From Eledone cirrhosa (Eukaryota), in NCBI GenBank assembly GCA_964016885.1, contig OZ024740.1:251038001-251102000 (forward strand): a DNA stretch of 64,000 bases, given 5' to 3'. Made by a program: the position numbers and the translations under genes. Each line of letters opens with the position of its first letter. Position 1 is the first letter of the stretch. A model generated the notes under the pieces. That model saw only the letters and a list, made by a program, of their open reading frames with translations. It did not search any database and was not told where the DNA came from. Shown here one piece after another: positions 25,080 through 39,420 of this stretch.

Positions 25080-26220
25080 ACTTCTTTATTACATTTACTA
25101 GTTACAGACACTTCTCACTAGTGTGAAAAATGAACTTAAACATCCAGCCCACACTATAAAATGGTTGTGTAGGTGTCACGACAAAAAGCACTACACTGTA
25201 AATCATCATGTAAAAAACACAGCAAAAAAGCACCCAATGCACACTGTAAATGTGGTTGGCACTAGGAAGGGCATCCAGCCAGAAACTCCTATAGGAGCAA
25301 GACATGGTCACCCGACCCAATTTGCCTCTAAATGGGACAAACCCGTCTAACCCATGCTAGCGTGGAAGATAGACGCTAAATGATGATGATGATGATGATA
25401 TGAATATATATGTATATATATACACAGTGTAGTCTACCATGCGGGTCGATACTTCAATCTCTACCATTCAATCGACCCTCTGAGACAATCGTAAAACAGT
25501 GAACAATCTCGCTACCAACACCTGACTTCTGTTTTTATTTTTCAAACACACATATGTATATATATATGTGTTTAACGTCTATCTTCTATGCTAGCATGGG
25601 TTAGACGGATTTGTCCCATTTAGGCAAGTTGGGTCAGGTGACTGTCTTGCTCATATACAACCGTTTCTGGCTGGTTTTCTACGACTTTGCCATGATTTTT
25701 AACGTGACCACTTTACAGTGTGGGCTGGATGTTTTGTGGTACCCATCATCGTTTAACGTCTATTTTCCACACTAGCAAGGGTTAGACAGGAATTGTCCCC
25801 GTTGAGGCAAGATTAATCGGGTGAGCATGTCCCACTCGTATACGATTGTATCTGGCAGGTTTTCTATGGCTGGATGCCCTTCCTAATACCAACCACATAG
25901 TGTGGACTGGAAGCCTTTTTTACCGTGTCTCCTATACAACCATTTTACAGCGTGGACTGGGTGCTTTTTGTTGTGTCACCTACACAACCACTTCAGTGTA
26001 GACTGGATATTCTGTGGTACCAACATAACTTTACAGAGAAAGGGCAGTGTGGATGGGAGTGGGAGGATGGAGTAGCGGTAGTGGGTTGGGGTATATATAC
26101 TGACTGTAGGTTTAACTTTGTACGTAAGGAAGACGGATCTTCTGTATTACTGCGTAATGCCAAAGGTCTTGATCCAGTGCCATTGTCTTAGAGAGGTGTA
26201 AGTGTGCAAGGTCAGATTTT
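25080..26220. mobile_element. Cluster of RTE 3'-UTR fragments in both orientations
   Basis: AAGGGCATCCAGCC..AGAAA, CCCATGCTAGCGTGGAAG and (GAT)n tails, homologous to the 3' ends of the RTE copies. Confidence 0.7.
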
Positions 26221-26240
26221 TTGTTGTCCCAGAATTATCT

Positions 26241-28386
26241 TCATCATCATCATCATCATCAACGTTTAACGTCCGTGTTCCATGCTTGCATGGGTTTGGA
26301 CGGGGGTAGTCCCACTTGAGGCAAGAGTGATTGTCTTGCTCGCATAGGACTGTCTGGCAGGTTTTCTACAGTTGGATGCCCTTCCTAACACCAACCACAT
26401 TTACAGTGTGGACTGGGAGGTTTTTACCGTGTTGCCTACACGGCCACATTACAGCGTGGACTGTGTGTTTTTTTGTCGTGACACCTACACGATCTCATTT
26501 GTTTCGGCCTGGATGGCGCGGCACCAACATAACTTTACATAGAACGGGGTGGTGTGGATGGGGTGGGGGTGGTGGTGGTGGGACGGGGTGTATTTTGTTA
26601 GAGATGCCTACTGGCTGGAGTAGGTTTTACTATATATTTAGGTAAGGCGGGTCTTCTCTGTTACTGAGTACCGCCAAAGGTCTCGGTCCAGTGACATTGT
26701 CTTGGAGAGGTGTAAGTGTGTGATGTCGGAGTTTATCAGCTCGTCCCAGGTTTTTCTAGGTCTGCCTATTCCGTGACTACCGTCTATCTTTATTGCCCTG
26801 CACTTTGTTATACAGCTATCGACTTTCATGCGCATCACGTGTCCATACCAACGTAGCCTTCTCTCGAGTAAACAACATCTGATCCCTCTTATCTCTAATT
26901 TTTTTCCTTAGTTCGTTTATGCTTTGCCGTTCACGTATATTACTGTTACACATCCAGCGGAGCATGCAAGCTTCGTTCCTCTCTAGTCTGCGTATATCCT
27001 CTGCACACAATGCCCAGGTCTCACTGCCATGCAGCATTGCTGTTCGTATGCAGGCATCGTACAACCTGCCTTTCATTTTTAGTGAGAACCCTTTAGCAGC
27101 TAATAGTGGTATAAGCTCTCTGGACTTTTTCCAACCAGTTCTGACTCTAGCTACAGTACTTTCAGAGCACCCTCCCCCACTGCTGATTTTATCGCCCAGG
27201 TAACGGAAGCTGTCCACTATTTCTATAGAACCCTCTGCGCAATTGAAAGAGCTAGTATTTTGTGGGCACTTGCTGCTACTTATTGCACCAGAGCACCGGC
27301 CACATGTAAAATCTATGTTCTTAGTTAGCTTACCTGTGATCCCACTACATCTTTTATGCACCCATACTTTGCATTTAGGACATAAAATGGAGTTTCTACC
27401 TACGCCTTTCCTACACACCGAGCACGACCATTTCCCAGAAGGGACCGCCGCCTTGTTTTCTTTCCTACAAACTAGTACTTTGGTCTTAGCCAGGTTAATT
27501 TTAAGTCCTTTTGACTCTAGGCCGTGCTTCCATGTTTGGAATTTCTTCTCTAGCTCGGCCATTGATTCCGCTATGAGTGTCAGGTCGTCTGCGTATAGGA
27601 GTTCCCATGGGCAGCCTGTCTTGAACTCCTCTGTTATAGCCTGAAGGGCAATAATAAATAGTAGTGGGCTGAGAACAGAGCCCTGATGGACGCCAATTTT
27701 ACGCTAAACTCTTCACTATATTCGTTGTTAATTCTAACCTTGCTGACTGTTTCTTTATACATGGCTTGTATAGCCCTCACAAGCCATTCGTCAACGCCTA
27801 GTTTTCTAAGAGCCCACCAGATAATGGAGCGGGGGACTCTGTCGAAGGCTTTCTCCAAGTCGACAAAAGCTAAGTAGAGGGGTTTACCTTTAGCTAGGTA
27901 CTTCTCCTGTAGTTGTCGTACTATGAAAAGAGCGTCTGTGGTACTTTTGCCTGACACAAACCCGAACTGCATTTCATCTAGGTCAATTCTCTCTCTGATT
28001 AGTTGCGCTATTACTTTTTCCGTGACCTTCATGACCTGGTCGATTAATTTAATGCCTCTATAGTTACTCCTATCTAGGGCGTCTCCTTTACCCTTATAAC
28101 AGTTAACGATGATGCTGCTATGCCAGTCCTTCGGAACAACCCCATTCTGTACGACTTGGTTAACTATGCGGGTGACCATGGTGTGTCCCACCGTGCCAGA
28201 TGCCTTCAGCATCTCAGCAACTATTTCCGAAGGCCCAGCCGCCTTACCCGTCTTCATATCCTTGATTGCCTTACTTATTATACTCCCCTCGACTAACACT
28301 GCTGGTCCCTCTATTGGGTCGATATGGGGGAGACTGTCTTTCTCCCATTTATTCTCCTCATTTAGTAGCCTTTCATAGTGACACTT
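26241..28386 (-). mobile_element. RTE LINE copy A (5'-truncated, RT with PHD insertion)
   Basis: NYRGIKL, FVDLEKAFDRV, LYADD, FRYLG and RRLRWYGH motifs; (GAT)n tail at 26241-26260. Confidence 0.93.
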
Positions 28387-28837
28387 TTTATATATATATC
28401 CTTCAAAACAATCTTCTTGTATTTTAAACTTCAGTAGTTCTGTCAGACCCTCGAAAACAATCTTCTACTTGTATTTAAACTCTGATTACTGTTATATGCT
28501 CGTTTAATTATGGCTGAATTTCTAGGATTATATTATAAAATAACCTTCTAGACGTTTCGCAAAACTTCTTCCTACTCCCTTCTCTGTCCCCCTCATATAT
28601 CGTATATATGCCTGCAGGTTCCCTCACGTCCTCTCTCTCTCCGCATATATAACATAAACCTGTTGTGAGCTACAAATCTCAGAGTTTGTCGATCACTTAT
28701 CTTGGCCGAACGCTTGTTTTTGTGAAATGTAATATATTCATCCTATTTTTCTTGTCTCTCCATGTTCCTAGTCCACTCACCTATCAGTATTATATCGTCC
28801 GTTTAACTTAGAATCCAATCTTTTCAATGTTATTTGC

Positions 28838-30048
28838 TAATTCTGTCAGACCTTCAAAACAATCTTCTTGTATTTTAAACTTCCATAATTCTGTCAGACC
28901 CTCGAAAACAATCTTCTATTTGTATTTAAACTCTGATTAATGTTATATGCTCGTTTAATTATGGCCGAATTTCTAGGATTATATTATAAAATAACCTTCT
29001 CGCTAACTCCCCCAGATCCCTCCTCCCGCCCCCACTCGCCACCATTATTATTTGGTTCAATCATAATTCAGCGGCTTATAATATGTTTCTCTTACCAATC
29101 TCTTTCACAAAACCACCGCCTCAGCTATCACTCCTTAAGTTTAGACCTGGTTGCTTTTTGATATGCTAGATGGACTATAGAATTCTGGAGAGTCTGAAAA
29201 ATCTGGACACTTAATGACAATGTCAAGGATAAAGATAAATTCACCTCATGTTGCCGGACGAGAATGCAAGGACTCCTCTTTATTTCGGCCGTGGATGGCT
29301 AACATAACCCCATCTCCTTCACCCCTCCCTGCGCCACATCCTTCCCGCCCACTAAATGCAATCCAAAACTTCAGAGTTAGTACCATGAATGTAGGCACTT
29401 TAAAAGGTCACTCTAATGAGGTTGTAGAGATGCTTGAACGTAAGGAAGTTGATGTTTGCTGTGTTCAAGAGATCAGGTGGAGGGGTGGGTCTGTTAGATT
29501 CATTGTGGGTAAAATATGATGCTATAAACTTTTCTAGGTGGGAAATGACAATGGGCTGGGTGGAGTAGGAATCATGTTAGCAGAAACATGGGTAAATAAG
29601 ATAATAGACGTAAATAAAGTGAACAACAGAATAATTAAAATAAGACTTGTCCTAAATAGAACTACTGTGATAATAATATCTGCGTATGCACCCCAATCTA
29701 GACTGCCTGGCATTATAAAAGACAGATTCTATGAGTCGCTAATGCTCACTACCTCCCAAATAACCGATAGTGACTACATAATTATTGCTGTTGTAAACAC
29801 TAAATCCCTCCCCCATGAAGAATGCACCTCCCAATATAGCCTCATAGTCAGGATGAGACATACTCGACAACAGAGGAGGACTACCCTAAGGAGAAGAATA
29901 TGGAAGTTAAAGGATCCCACAACCAGTAATAAATTTAAAAGCATATTACTTGAGGATTTTGACAGTAAGGAAGAGCAATTAGAGTCGTACAATATAGAGG
30001 AACAGTTGGAATTCCTGAAAGCTAACCTGCTGAAGGCGACAGATGAAA
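28838..30048 (+). mobile_element. RTE LINE copy B (5' UTR plus AP-endonuclease, internally deleted)
   Basis: TMNVGTL, CCVQEIRW and ISAYAPQ motifs. A 5'-UTR segment is also duplicated at 28400-28549. Confidence 0.88.
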
Positions 30049-30325
30049 TACGGGACGCTCTGGGCCGCTGCGGGAAAGGCAAGTCACCCGGTCTAGATGG
30101 TCTATCCTATAAGTTTTACATAGGTATGCCGGACTTGTTCTCTTTTCATCGTTAAAGACGTCTACTGCAATTGGCAGCAGAACGGGAGAATTCTCAGTTC
30201 TGCAGGCAAGGGAGTAGTAACGCTGATCAGGAAAGACGAGAACAAGGGGGACAAAATTAACAACTTCAGGCCCATAACTCTGCTCAACGCAGAGTTAAAG
30301 ATTTTGGCCAAGGTGCTAGCGACGA
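30049..30325 (+). mobile_element. L1/Tx1-clade RT N-terminal fragment
   Basis: GKSPGLDG...GVVTLIRK...NFRPITLLNAELKILAKVLATRL. Confidence 0.8.
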
Positions 30326-30329
30326 GGTT

Positions 30330-31340
30330 ATGTAACAACACTCGCAGACAAGGCTTGGCAGCTGCGTGAAAATAACCAACAATTTCACCTAAAATGGGAT
30401 ATAATAGCGGCTCCCCCCCCCCATATTCCCACGGACAGTAATTTTGTAAATTATGTAATGTAGAATTATTTTGTATTATGAAATCCAAAAACATTTGATT
30501 AAATAACAGAATAGAGCGATCGTTATACTGTAACCATCGCTTAAAATCTACATTTTCATATTATAAATACTACCAGGATTGAGCGCCTGTCTCTATCTCC
30601 GTTTGATTGTCAAAATAGATATTAACATTCTCTATTAGTCTTAATTCTATCAACTCTTCTATTATTTACCATTTAATATAAACTGCTATAGATAAAATGA
30701 GATTTCTGATTTCTTAATTCAATTCCCTAATGCATATACCAGCTGGCTACTAGCATCGATGTCATTCAGTAGCAATCGAAATCTCCCCCTTCCCCAATTG
30801 ACACTTTATAATTAATACTACTACACCAAATGACCAGCCCTGTCCACTGTCCAATTGGTCAAGTAGAGATTAAAATTGGCACTCCCAAAAATTCTTATTT
30901 AGATAAAATGAACCATTTACTCATGGTATTCTCATTAGAAACCCTTTATATACTTGTTTAGCAGTAAATTGAATTACCATCTGTCATATACTATCCCCTC
31001 TCTTCTTCCTCTATTACTAATATAAATACTTCAATTTTTCTGATTTTATCCAGTTTATCCAAAATCTCTGAAGAAGTGACAACTGATTATACATTTGCTA
31101 TCGAATACTTGCTAACATTATATGATTACGCAAGCAGCGATACATAGGTATTCCGTCTGTTACAGAAACATATGTCAATACCTAATAAATTCCTTTTTAA
31201 AAAAAGCACTTTCATTTTATATTCATCTTTTCTACATTTTCTCCGGAATATAATTTATACGCGTTGAGCAAACCTACACGTACGCTGTTCATCTCTAACG
31301 TAACGATATATTATCACTACATTATTGATAACCTGAAATT
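30330..31340 (+). mobile_element. Penelope-like element 3' remnant with decayed hammerhead
   Basis: CKLCNVE...LNNR..CNHR C-terminal motif. CTGAAGA (31068)...GAA ACATATGT C (31165-31176) with a decayed stem I. Ends at (TA)n. Confidence 0.55.
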
Positions 31341-31341
31341 T

Positions 31342-33750
31342 TATATATATATATATATATATATAAAGATCAAAAGATTTATTATGTATCAAAGTATTTT
31401 ATTATGCGCATTTTCAAAAACAAATATCATCATGAGATGATATCTGCGTTTTCATCAGATAAAATAGGGATACATGATATGAAGGTTAAAAAACACTTGT
31501 GAATAGTGAAGTTTTAAATCAACATATGAAAAAATAATTTAAGATTGATGTGTGATATTGGGAAAAAGTGAGGGGGGGGGGGGTGAAAGGGTGAGAAAGA
31601 GGATAAGATGAGAGTAGAGAATGGTGGGGGTGGAGTATAAGAAGGAAGGATGAGAGAGGAGGAGAGATGGGTGATAGAGAGAGAGAGAGATAGACTATAT
31701 ATTGTCTCACAGAGAGAAGTTAAAAAGCCGTTGGAAAATAATAGATAATTTAAAAGAATTTGAAATTAAAAGTTGATGAAGAGAAAAAGGGGGTTAAGAA
31801 TAATATTAAATTAAGGTTTGTATGTTGAAGGGTTTAGAGGAAAAGAAATTGTTAATATGAATTATTAAAATAAAAATATTAATGTTATTAAGGATATACT
31901 GTGAAAAGAAGTAGAAGAGTGGATGAGTTATGAATTTAGAGGAATTATTTAGTGTTTAAGTTTGTTTTTATGTAATGTAATATGTGTGCGTAATATATGT
32001 AAATAGTTTGTTTACAAATGAGCGTAGAAAACAAAGAAGATAATAATGTTTAAGAAAGTAAAAATCTAACATCAAAATATATATGTTTACGAAATATTTT
32101 CTAATGGTAATAATATAATATAATATAATAAAGGAGATTAGTTAGGGTTTGTTTTTATGTATTGTAGTATGTAAAATGTAAAAGTCAGACGAGCATGAAA
32201 GGACCACAAATATAAGGAACTAAGGAGGAAAATCTAACGTAAAAAAAAATGTTTATGTTTACGAAGGATTATTAAAGGTAATACTATAATGTATTTAGAA
32301 GGTAATAATAATGTTTATGGCCAATGATATGAAGAAAGATGGAAGAGTGGATATGTTGTGGTGAGTAATAATAAGAATTGAGAAGTGGTTAGGAAGAAAA
32401 GTACAGATTAGAGGTTAGAAATTAAAAAAAAGAAAGGAAAGTGATAAAGAGGAATGATATAGAATGAGTAACTAGTATTATATAATGTATAATAAATAAT
32501 ATTGAAATAAGGTAGAAAGATGGGTATATTTTTAAAGAAATATATATATAAGCCTTTGAGAAAAAGGATTTTAAACTAGTAAAGTATTAGATATTAGCTG
32601 TATACTTTATGTGGAATGTTCTGTGGAATTTATGCAAGCAGAGAGAAAATAAATCAGTGCGTCTATTTATTATAGAATCTAAATTAGATATAATGATAAA
32701 TTTCTCAGATAAACAAAGATTACACGTTCTAGATAGGGAGGCATTCAAGTAGGGAGAGGCAGAACAAAATTTCCTCCAAGAGATGTTATAGTTAATATTT
32801 TTGTCTTTCAAGGACCATATGAGTTCTGAGAGTGCCGTGTTAGTTCTTTTAAGTTGGTATTTAAAAGAAGAATTGTGATTATAAAATCTCACTTTGAAGG
32901 AGGTGGAAGTGGAACCGAAATAGGTAAAGGAATTGGTATCAGTTATAATATTACATTCATAGACTAAGTTTTTTTCAAGACAATGGTTATTGAGAGGACA
33001 TTTAGTTTTAACAGGGCAATTACAATTGCGATTAGAGAGATTAACAGAGTTATTAACGAGTGACCTAGTGTTATTTATAGGAGGAATTGGATTGGAGAAG
33101 TTATTTACGATAGGAATAATAGTTTCCTGATTTAGATTGGTATTATGAACAATCGACGAAGTTACGTTTGACGTCGTATTTGAGTTTGCAGAATCTAGGC
33201 TAGAGTTAACGATGATGTCGGGAGTACTACTGCTATTATTATGACATTCAGTGTTGGAAGGATGTGATTTAGTATTTAATATTCTATTGTGTTTAGAGAT
33301 AATGTTGGAGATGTTGGAGGAGGTGGAATAGGAAAATTTTATTGTATGTTTGTTAAATATTTTACTATAGATATGTGAGGGAGGGAAGCATTTATCTAAG
33401 GCCCTAAAGAATAATTTAGGAATATTATTGTTAATAGAAATAGAGAAAGGAGCATTATACCAGATTATATTTTTGTATCTGGGTCTTTTATTTAAGTTAT
33501 TGGAATGATCATAATTAATTATTTTACTGTAAGATCTTCTAGGATTGGTTTCTTTACTGTATTCAATTTTATCAGGATAACCGGCTTTAGAAAGCGCATT
33601 ATTATAGTAATTGGCGTTAGCATCAAAGATTAACATAATTTAGATTATCATTGTTTTTATGGTAAGGGTAATATAGGCCAGTGTCAAGATTAAGGGATAT
33701 ATCCAAGAAGTTAGCTAGTTTGACGTTGTTATCAAATTCAATTTTTAGGT
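31342..33750 (-). mobile_element. Naiad-like Penelope-like element, 5'-truncated (RT thumb, GIY-YIG endonuclease, 3' region)
   Basis: ORF 32587-33636: IIWYNAPFS, CNCP..CPL..CL, LVYEC..YFGST..FKVRFYNH, CNLCLSEK..CLH. Terminates in (TA)n and carries a same-strand hammerhead. Confidence 0.85.
31395..31466 (-). ncRNA. Type I hammerhead ribozyme (family 3)
   Basis: TATTTTAT-CTGATGA-long stem II-GAA(A)-ATGCGCAT-A-ATAAAATA, with one extra A in the core. Confidence 0.7.
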
Positions 33751-33819
33751 TATGTTATTATATTATTTATATTATTTATACTCCAGTCCTACAAACTGTA
33801 GAGTGCTACTTATCCGATA

Positions 33820-36800
33820 TTCGATAATTCTGTCGTATTTTTCAAAACGAATCTTGTATTTTTTATGCTTGTTAAATTATGCCAAAAATATGAGGATCTT
33901 ATTTAAACCTTAACCTTCTCGCTAACTACCCCATATCCCTCCCACCCACCCCCACACACCACCATTATTACGTAGGCCAATCATAAGTCAGCGGCCTATA
34001 CTATCACTTAAGTTTAGATCTGGCTGCCTTTCGATATGATGGATGGACTACGGAATTCTGGAGAGTTTGAAAAGAAAAAATCTGGACACTCAGTGACAAT
34101 GCCAAAGATAAAGACAAATTCACCTCATGCTGCCGGACGTGAATGCAAGGACTCCTCCTCTTTATTTCGGCCGCGGATGGCTAACATAACCCCATCTCCC
34201 ACACACTCCCTGCGCCCCACCGTTCCCACCCTCCAAACGCAATCCAAAACTTCAGAGTTGGTACCATGAATGTAGGTACCTTAAAAGGTCGCTCTAACGA
34301 GGTTGTAGAAATGCTTAAACGTAAGGAGGTCGATGTTTGCTGTATTCAAAAGACCAGGTGGAGAGGTGGGTCTGCTAGATTCATTGTGGGTAAAGAACGA
34401 TGCTATAAGCTTTTCTGGGTGGGAAATGACAATGGGCTAGGTGGTGTAGGATTCATGGTAGCAGAAAAGTGGGCAGATAAAATAATAGACGTAAATAGAG
34501 TGAACGACAGAATAATTAAAATAAGACTTGTCCTCAATAGAACTACTGTGACAATAATATCTGCATATGCACCACAATCCGGACTTCCTGGCGTTATAAA
34601 AGACAGATTCTATGAGTCGTTAATGCTCACTACCTCCCAAATAACCAACAGTGACTACATAGTTATCGCTGGCGACCTAAATGGTCATGTTGGACAACAT
34701 TGTGACAGCTATAACGGAATCCATGGAGGCTATGGGTTTGGTACTAGAAATGAGGAAGGCTCCAGAATCCTGGAATTCTGTGACGCAAATAAACTAACTA
34801 TCTGTAACACTAACTTCAAAAAACGAGACAATCACTTGATCACCTATAGATCAGGGGAACACACCAGCCAGGTAGATTATATCCTTACCAGAAGTCGTGA
34901 CAGAGTGTCTGTTGTAAACACTAAATCCCTCCCCCATGAAGAATGCACCTCTCAACATAGACTCATAATTAGCGACCTCATAGTCAGGACGAGACGAGGA
35001 GGACTATCCTCAGGAGAAAAATATGGAAGTTAAAGGACCCCACAGCCAGTAATAAATTTACTTGATGCTTTTGATTACTATCAAAAGAGGATTACTATCA
35101 AAGGAAGAGCAATTAGAGTCGTACAATATAGAGGAACAGTGGGAATTCCTGAAAGCTAACCTGCTGAAGGCGACTGATGAAACCTGTGGCTGGAGCAGAC
35201 CTATAGGCAGGAGGAGAGTAACTTGGTGGTGGAACAGTAAGGTGGAGGGGTCAATCAAGGCCAAAAAGCAGGCTTGGAAAGCATGGCGGGATGGGGGAAG
35301 TAGAGAAGACTATCAAGTGGCCAGGAGGGAAGCTAGGAGACAAGTGTACTTCGCAAGAAGGGAAGCAGAGGAAAGAAAGTTCAAGCATGTTCTACAACGC
35401 GAGGACCAAAAACGTGAGGTGTTCAGGATTGCTAGGTAATGTGTCAAGGAAAACCGTGATATTGTCGGGGAGAAGTGTGTCCTTAATGATGATGGTGTAC
35501 TTGCCATCACTGACGCTGATAAGAAGGTAGCTTGGAAGTGTCACTACGAAAGGTTACTAAATGAGGAGAATAATTGGGAGAAAGACAGACTCCCCCACAT
35601 CGATCCAATAGAGGGACAAGCAGTGCAAGTTGAAGGTAGTATAATAAGTAAGGCGATCAAAGACATGAAGACGAGCAAAGCGACTGGGCCTTCGGAAATA
35701 GTTGCTGAAAGCATCTGGAACGGTGGGACACACTATGGTCACCCGGATAGTAAACCAAGTCATACAGAATGGAGTCGTTCCGAAGGACTGGCGCAGCAGC
35801 AACATCATTAATTGTTAGAAGGGTAAAGGAGATGCCCTTGATAGAGGAAACTATAGAGGCATTAAATTAATTGACCAGGTCATGAAGGTCACGGAAAAAT
35901 TAATAGCACAACTAATCAGAGAGCGAATTGATCTAGACGAAATGCAGTTCGGGTTTGTGTCAGGTAAAAGTACCACAAACGCTCTTTTCATTGTACGACA
36001 ACTACAAGAGAAGTACCTAGCTAAAAGTAAACCCCTATACTTAGCTTTTGTTGACTTGGAGAAAGCCTTTGATAGAGTACCCCGCTCGATTATCTGGTGG
36101 GCCCTTAGAAAACTAGGTGTTGATGAATGGCTTGTGAGAGCTATACAAGCCATGTATAAAGAAACAGTCAGCAAGGTTAGAATTAACAACGAATATAGTG
36201 AAGAGTTTAGCGTATAAGTTGGTGTTCATCAGGGCTCCGTTCTTAGCCCCCTACTATTTATTATTGCCCTTCAGGCTATAACAGACGAGTTCAAGACCAG
36301 CTGCCCATGGGAACTTCTATACGCAGATGATCTAACGCTCATAGCTGAATCAATGAAGAAATTCCAAACATGGAGGCATGGCCTAGAATCAAGAGGCCTT
36401 AAAATTAACCTGTCTAAGACTAAAGTTCTAGTTTGTAGGAAGGAAAATAGGGCACTGGTACCATCTGGGAAATGGCCATGCTCAGTGTGTAGGAAAGGAG
36501 TAGGCAGAAGCTCCATTTTATGTCCCAAATGCAAAGTATGGGTGCATAAAAGATGTAGTGAGGTCACAGGTAAGCTAACTAAGAATATAGATTTTATATG
36601 TGGCCGGTGCTCAGGTGCAATAAGTAGCAGCAAGTGCCCACAGAATACAAGCTCATTCCATTTCACAGATGGTTCTATAGAAATAGTGGACACCTTCCGT
36701 TACCTGGGTGACAAAATCAGCAGTGGTGGAGGGTGCTCTGAAAGTACAGTAGCGAGAGTCAGAACGGGATGGAAAAGGTTCAGAGAGCTTATACCATTAT

Positions 36801-37621
36801 TGGCCGCTAAAGGGATCTCTCTAAAAATGAATGTATGATGCCTGCATACGAACAGCAATGATACATGGCAGTGAGACTTGGGCATTGCGTGCAGAGGATA
36901 TACGCAGGCTGGAGAGGAACAAAGCTTGCATGCTCCGTTTGATGTGTAATAGTAATATACGTGAACGGCAAAGCATAAATGAACTAAGTGAGAAATTAGG
37001 AATAAGAGGGATCAGATGTTGTTTACTCGAGAGAAGACTACGTTGGTATGGTCACGTGATGCGCATGAAAGACGACAGCTGTATAAAAAAGTGCAGGGCG
37101 ATAAAAATAGACGGTAGCCACGGAGTAGGCAGACCCAGAAAAACTTGGGACGACTTGATAAATTCCGACCTCACACACTTACACCTCTCCAAGACAATGT
37201 CACTGGACCGAGATCTTTGGCGTTACACAGTAATACAGGAGACCCGCCTTGCTTAAGTACAAAGCGAAACCTACAGTCAGTAGGCACCCCTAACAAAAAT
37301 ACACCACCACCCCATCCACACCACCCCTTTCGATGTAAAGTTATGTTGGTACGACAACATTCAGTCCGAAATAAATGAGGTCGTGTATGTGTCACGAAAA
37401 AAAAAACACACATTCCACGCTGTAATGTGGCCGTGTAGGTAACACGGTAAAAACCACCCAGTCCACACTGTAAACGTGGTTGGTGTTAGGAAGGGCATCC
37501 AGCCGTAGAAAACCCGCCAGACTGTCCTATACGAGCAAGAGAACCAATCTTGCCTCAAGTGGGAAAACTCCCGTCCAAACCCATGCAAGCGTGGAAGATG
37601 GACGTTAAACGATGATGATGA
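33820..37621 (+). mobile_element. RTE LINE copy C, near full length with stops and frameshifts
   Basis: 5' UTR, AP-endonuclease (34266-35033; GDLNGHVG, SQVDY, SQHRL), RT, PHD insertion, 3' UTR and (GAT)n tail. Confidence 0.95.
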
Positions 37622-38302
37622 TATATATATATATATCATCATCATCACAATCATCACCGTTTAGCGTCCATTCTTCCATGCTTGCATGGGTTAGACGGGT
37701 CATCCATGCCAGGAGACAAGTCTGGCTAGAGTTGGCCATGCCTCACCTTGTTATACACATATACATATATATATGGAGGAAGAAGAAAGGAGAAAAAGAA
37801 TAATAAATATAAAAGTATATAAACACACACGCGCACACCCATATACATACACACATATATATATATACATATATATGTATATATATAATTTCATTTCTCA
37901 CTCTTAGTACGGCTGTTACTTAAATATAAGTATGTATACATACATACGTATATGTATACAGACGTACAGTAGTATGTATATATATATATATATATACATA
38001 CATGCACACATATATATGTACGGATTCACCAAATATTTATTATAATGCTCGGTGTGTTTGTAAACAAACATCCCGAATTAAGCCGTACAGTGTCTAGCAA
38101 CCATCGTTGACACTGACGTGCTCACTGACAAAGGAACGCTGTACTAGTTTCAAGCTTATTAGCTATCGTTTCATTTTGTTTCATTTTTTACATTTATCGT
38201 TTTCGGTACCCCGGCCGATTAACTCACTCGATATACTCAGCCGTTAATATGTATAAGGAAAGTATATACTTTCAGACGTTCAACCATCTGGCAGGAAGGT
38301 AT

Positions 38303-38345
38303 ACGTTGCTGACGATAGCTAATAAGCTTGAAACTAGTACAGCGT
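38303..38345 (+). ncRNA. Minimal type I hammerhead ribozyme (family 4)
   Basis: ACGTTG-CTGACGA-T AGCT AATA AGCT T-GAA-ACTAGT-A-CAGCGT. Stems I and II pair; stem III is palindromic. Confidence 0.8.
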
Positions 38346-38482
38346 TCCTTCGTCAGTGTCAACGATGGTTGATAGACACTGTACGGCTTAATTCAGGATG
38401 TTTGTTTACAAACACACCGAGCATTATAATAAATGTTCGGTGAATCCATACTTACATATATATATGTGTGCATGTATGTATG

Positions 38483-38514
<32 letters not shown>

Positions 38515-38815
38515 CATACATACTACTGTACGTCTGTATACATATATGTATGTACGTATACATACTTAAATATATATATATATATGCAAAAGTTTTATTT
38601 AAAATTGTTGGGTTACAACGAGTAAATATTTTATAACTGATATAAAGCACTCAACAAGTAGATATACGATATTAAACAAATGGAAACTATATTTATAAAA
38701 CCATATTTATTTCATTATACATATTTCATTATACATATTTCATATGGTATCCCTGAAATATGTATAATGAAATAAATATGGTTTTATAAATATAGTTTCC
38801 ATTTGTTTAATATCG

Positions 38816-38853
<38 letters not shown>

Positions 38854-39360
38854 TATATATATATGGAGGAAGAAGAAAAGGAGAAAAAGAATAATAAAAA
38901 TAAAAGTATATAAACACACACGCACACACACATATACATATACACACACACATATATATATATGTGTGTGTGTGTGTGTGTAACGTGGTTGGTGCTAGGA
39001 AGGGCATCCAGCCGTAGAAAACCTGCCAGGCAGTCCTATACGAGCAAGACAATCAATCTTGTCTCATGTGGGACAATTCCCGTCTAAACCCATGCTACCG
39101 TGGAAGATAGACGTTAAACGACGATGATGATGATGATGATGATATATATGTATATATGTTAAATATATATATATAACGAATGTAATATGTCTAATAAATC
39201 TTATTCGTCACACCACAGATTCTCCGTTTCTTATGTGATATATATATGTATATATATATATATAAATGAAGTAATTCCGTCGGAAAGGTTCAGGAAAAAA
39301 GAGTGCTCTATGTACGTTACAGAGCTTATTAGTTATGTAATAAACAACATAAGATAATTA

Positions 39361-39420
39361 TTTCATTTACCAGTGGTTTCTTGAAAGCAAACAAATTTGC
39401 TTTCAGTCATCAGAATGAAA
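39361..39420 (-). ncRNA. Type I hammerhead ribozyme (family 1)
   Basis: TTTCATT-CTGATGA-C TGAAAGCAAA TTTG TTTGCTTTCA A-GAA-ACCACTGGT-A-AATGAAA. Confidence 0.85.

Noticed and set aside
33780-34100. HDV-like ribozyme at the RTE 5' end
   Set aside because: Expected for some RTEs, but I could not build the nested double pseudoknot by eye. It needs a descriptor search.
38255-38362. Second, antisense hammerhead enclosing the 38303 ribozyme (CTGACGA...GAAAGTATATACTT)
   Set aside because: No convincing stem I or stem II pairing.
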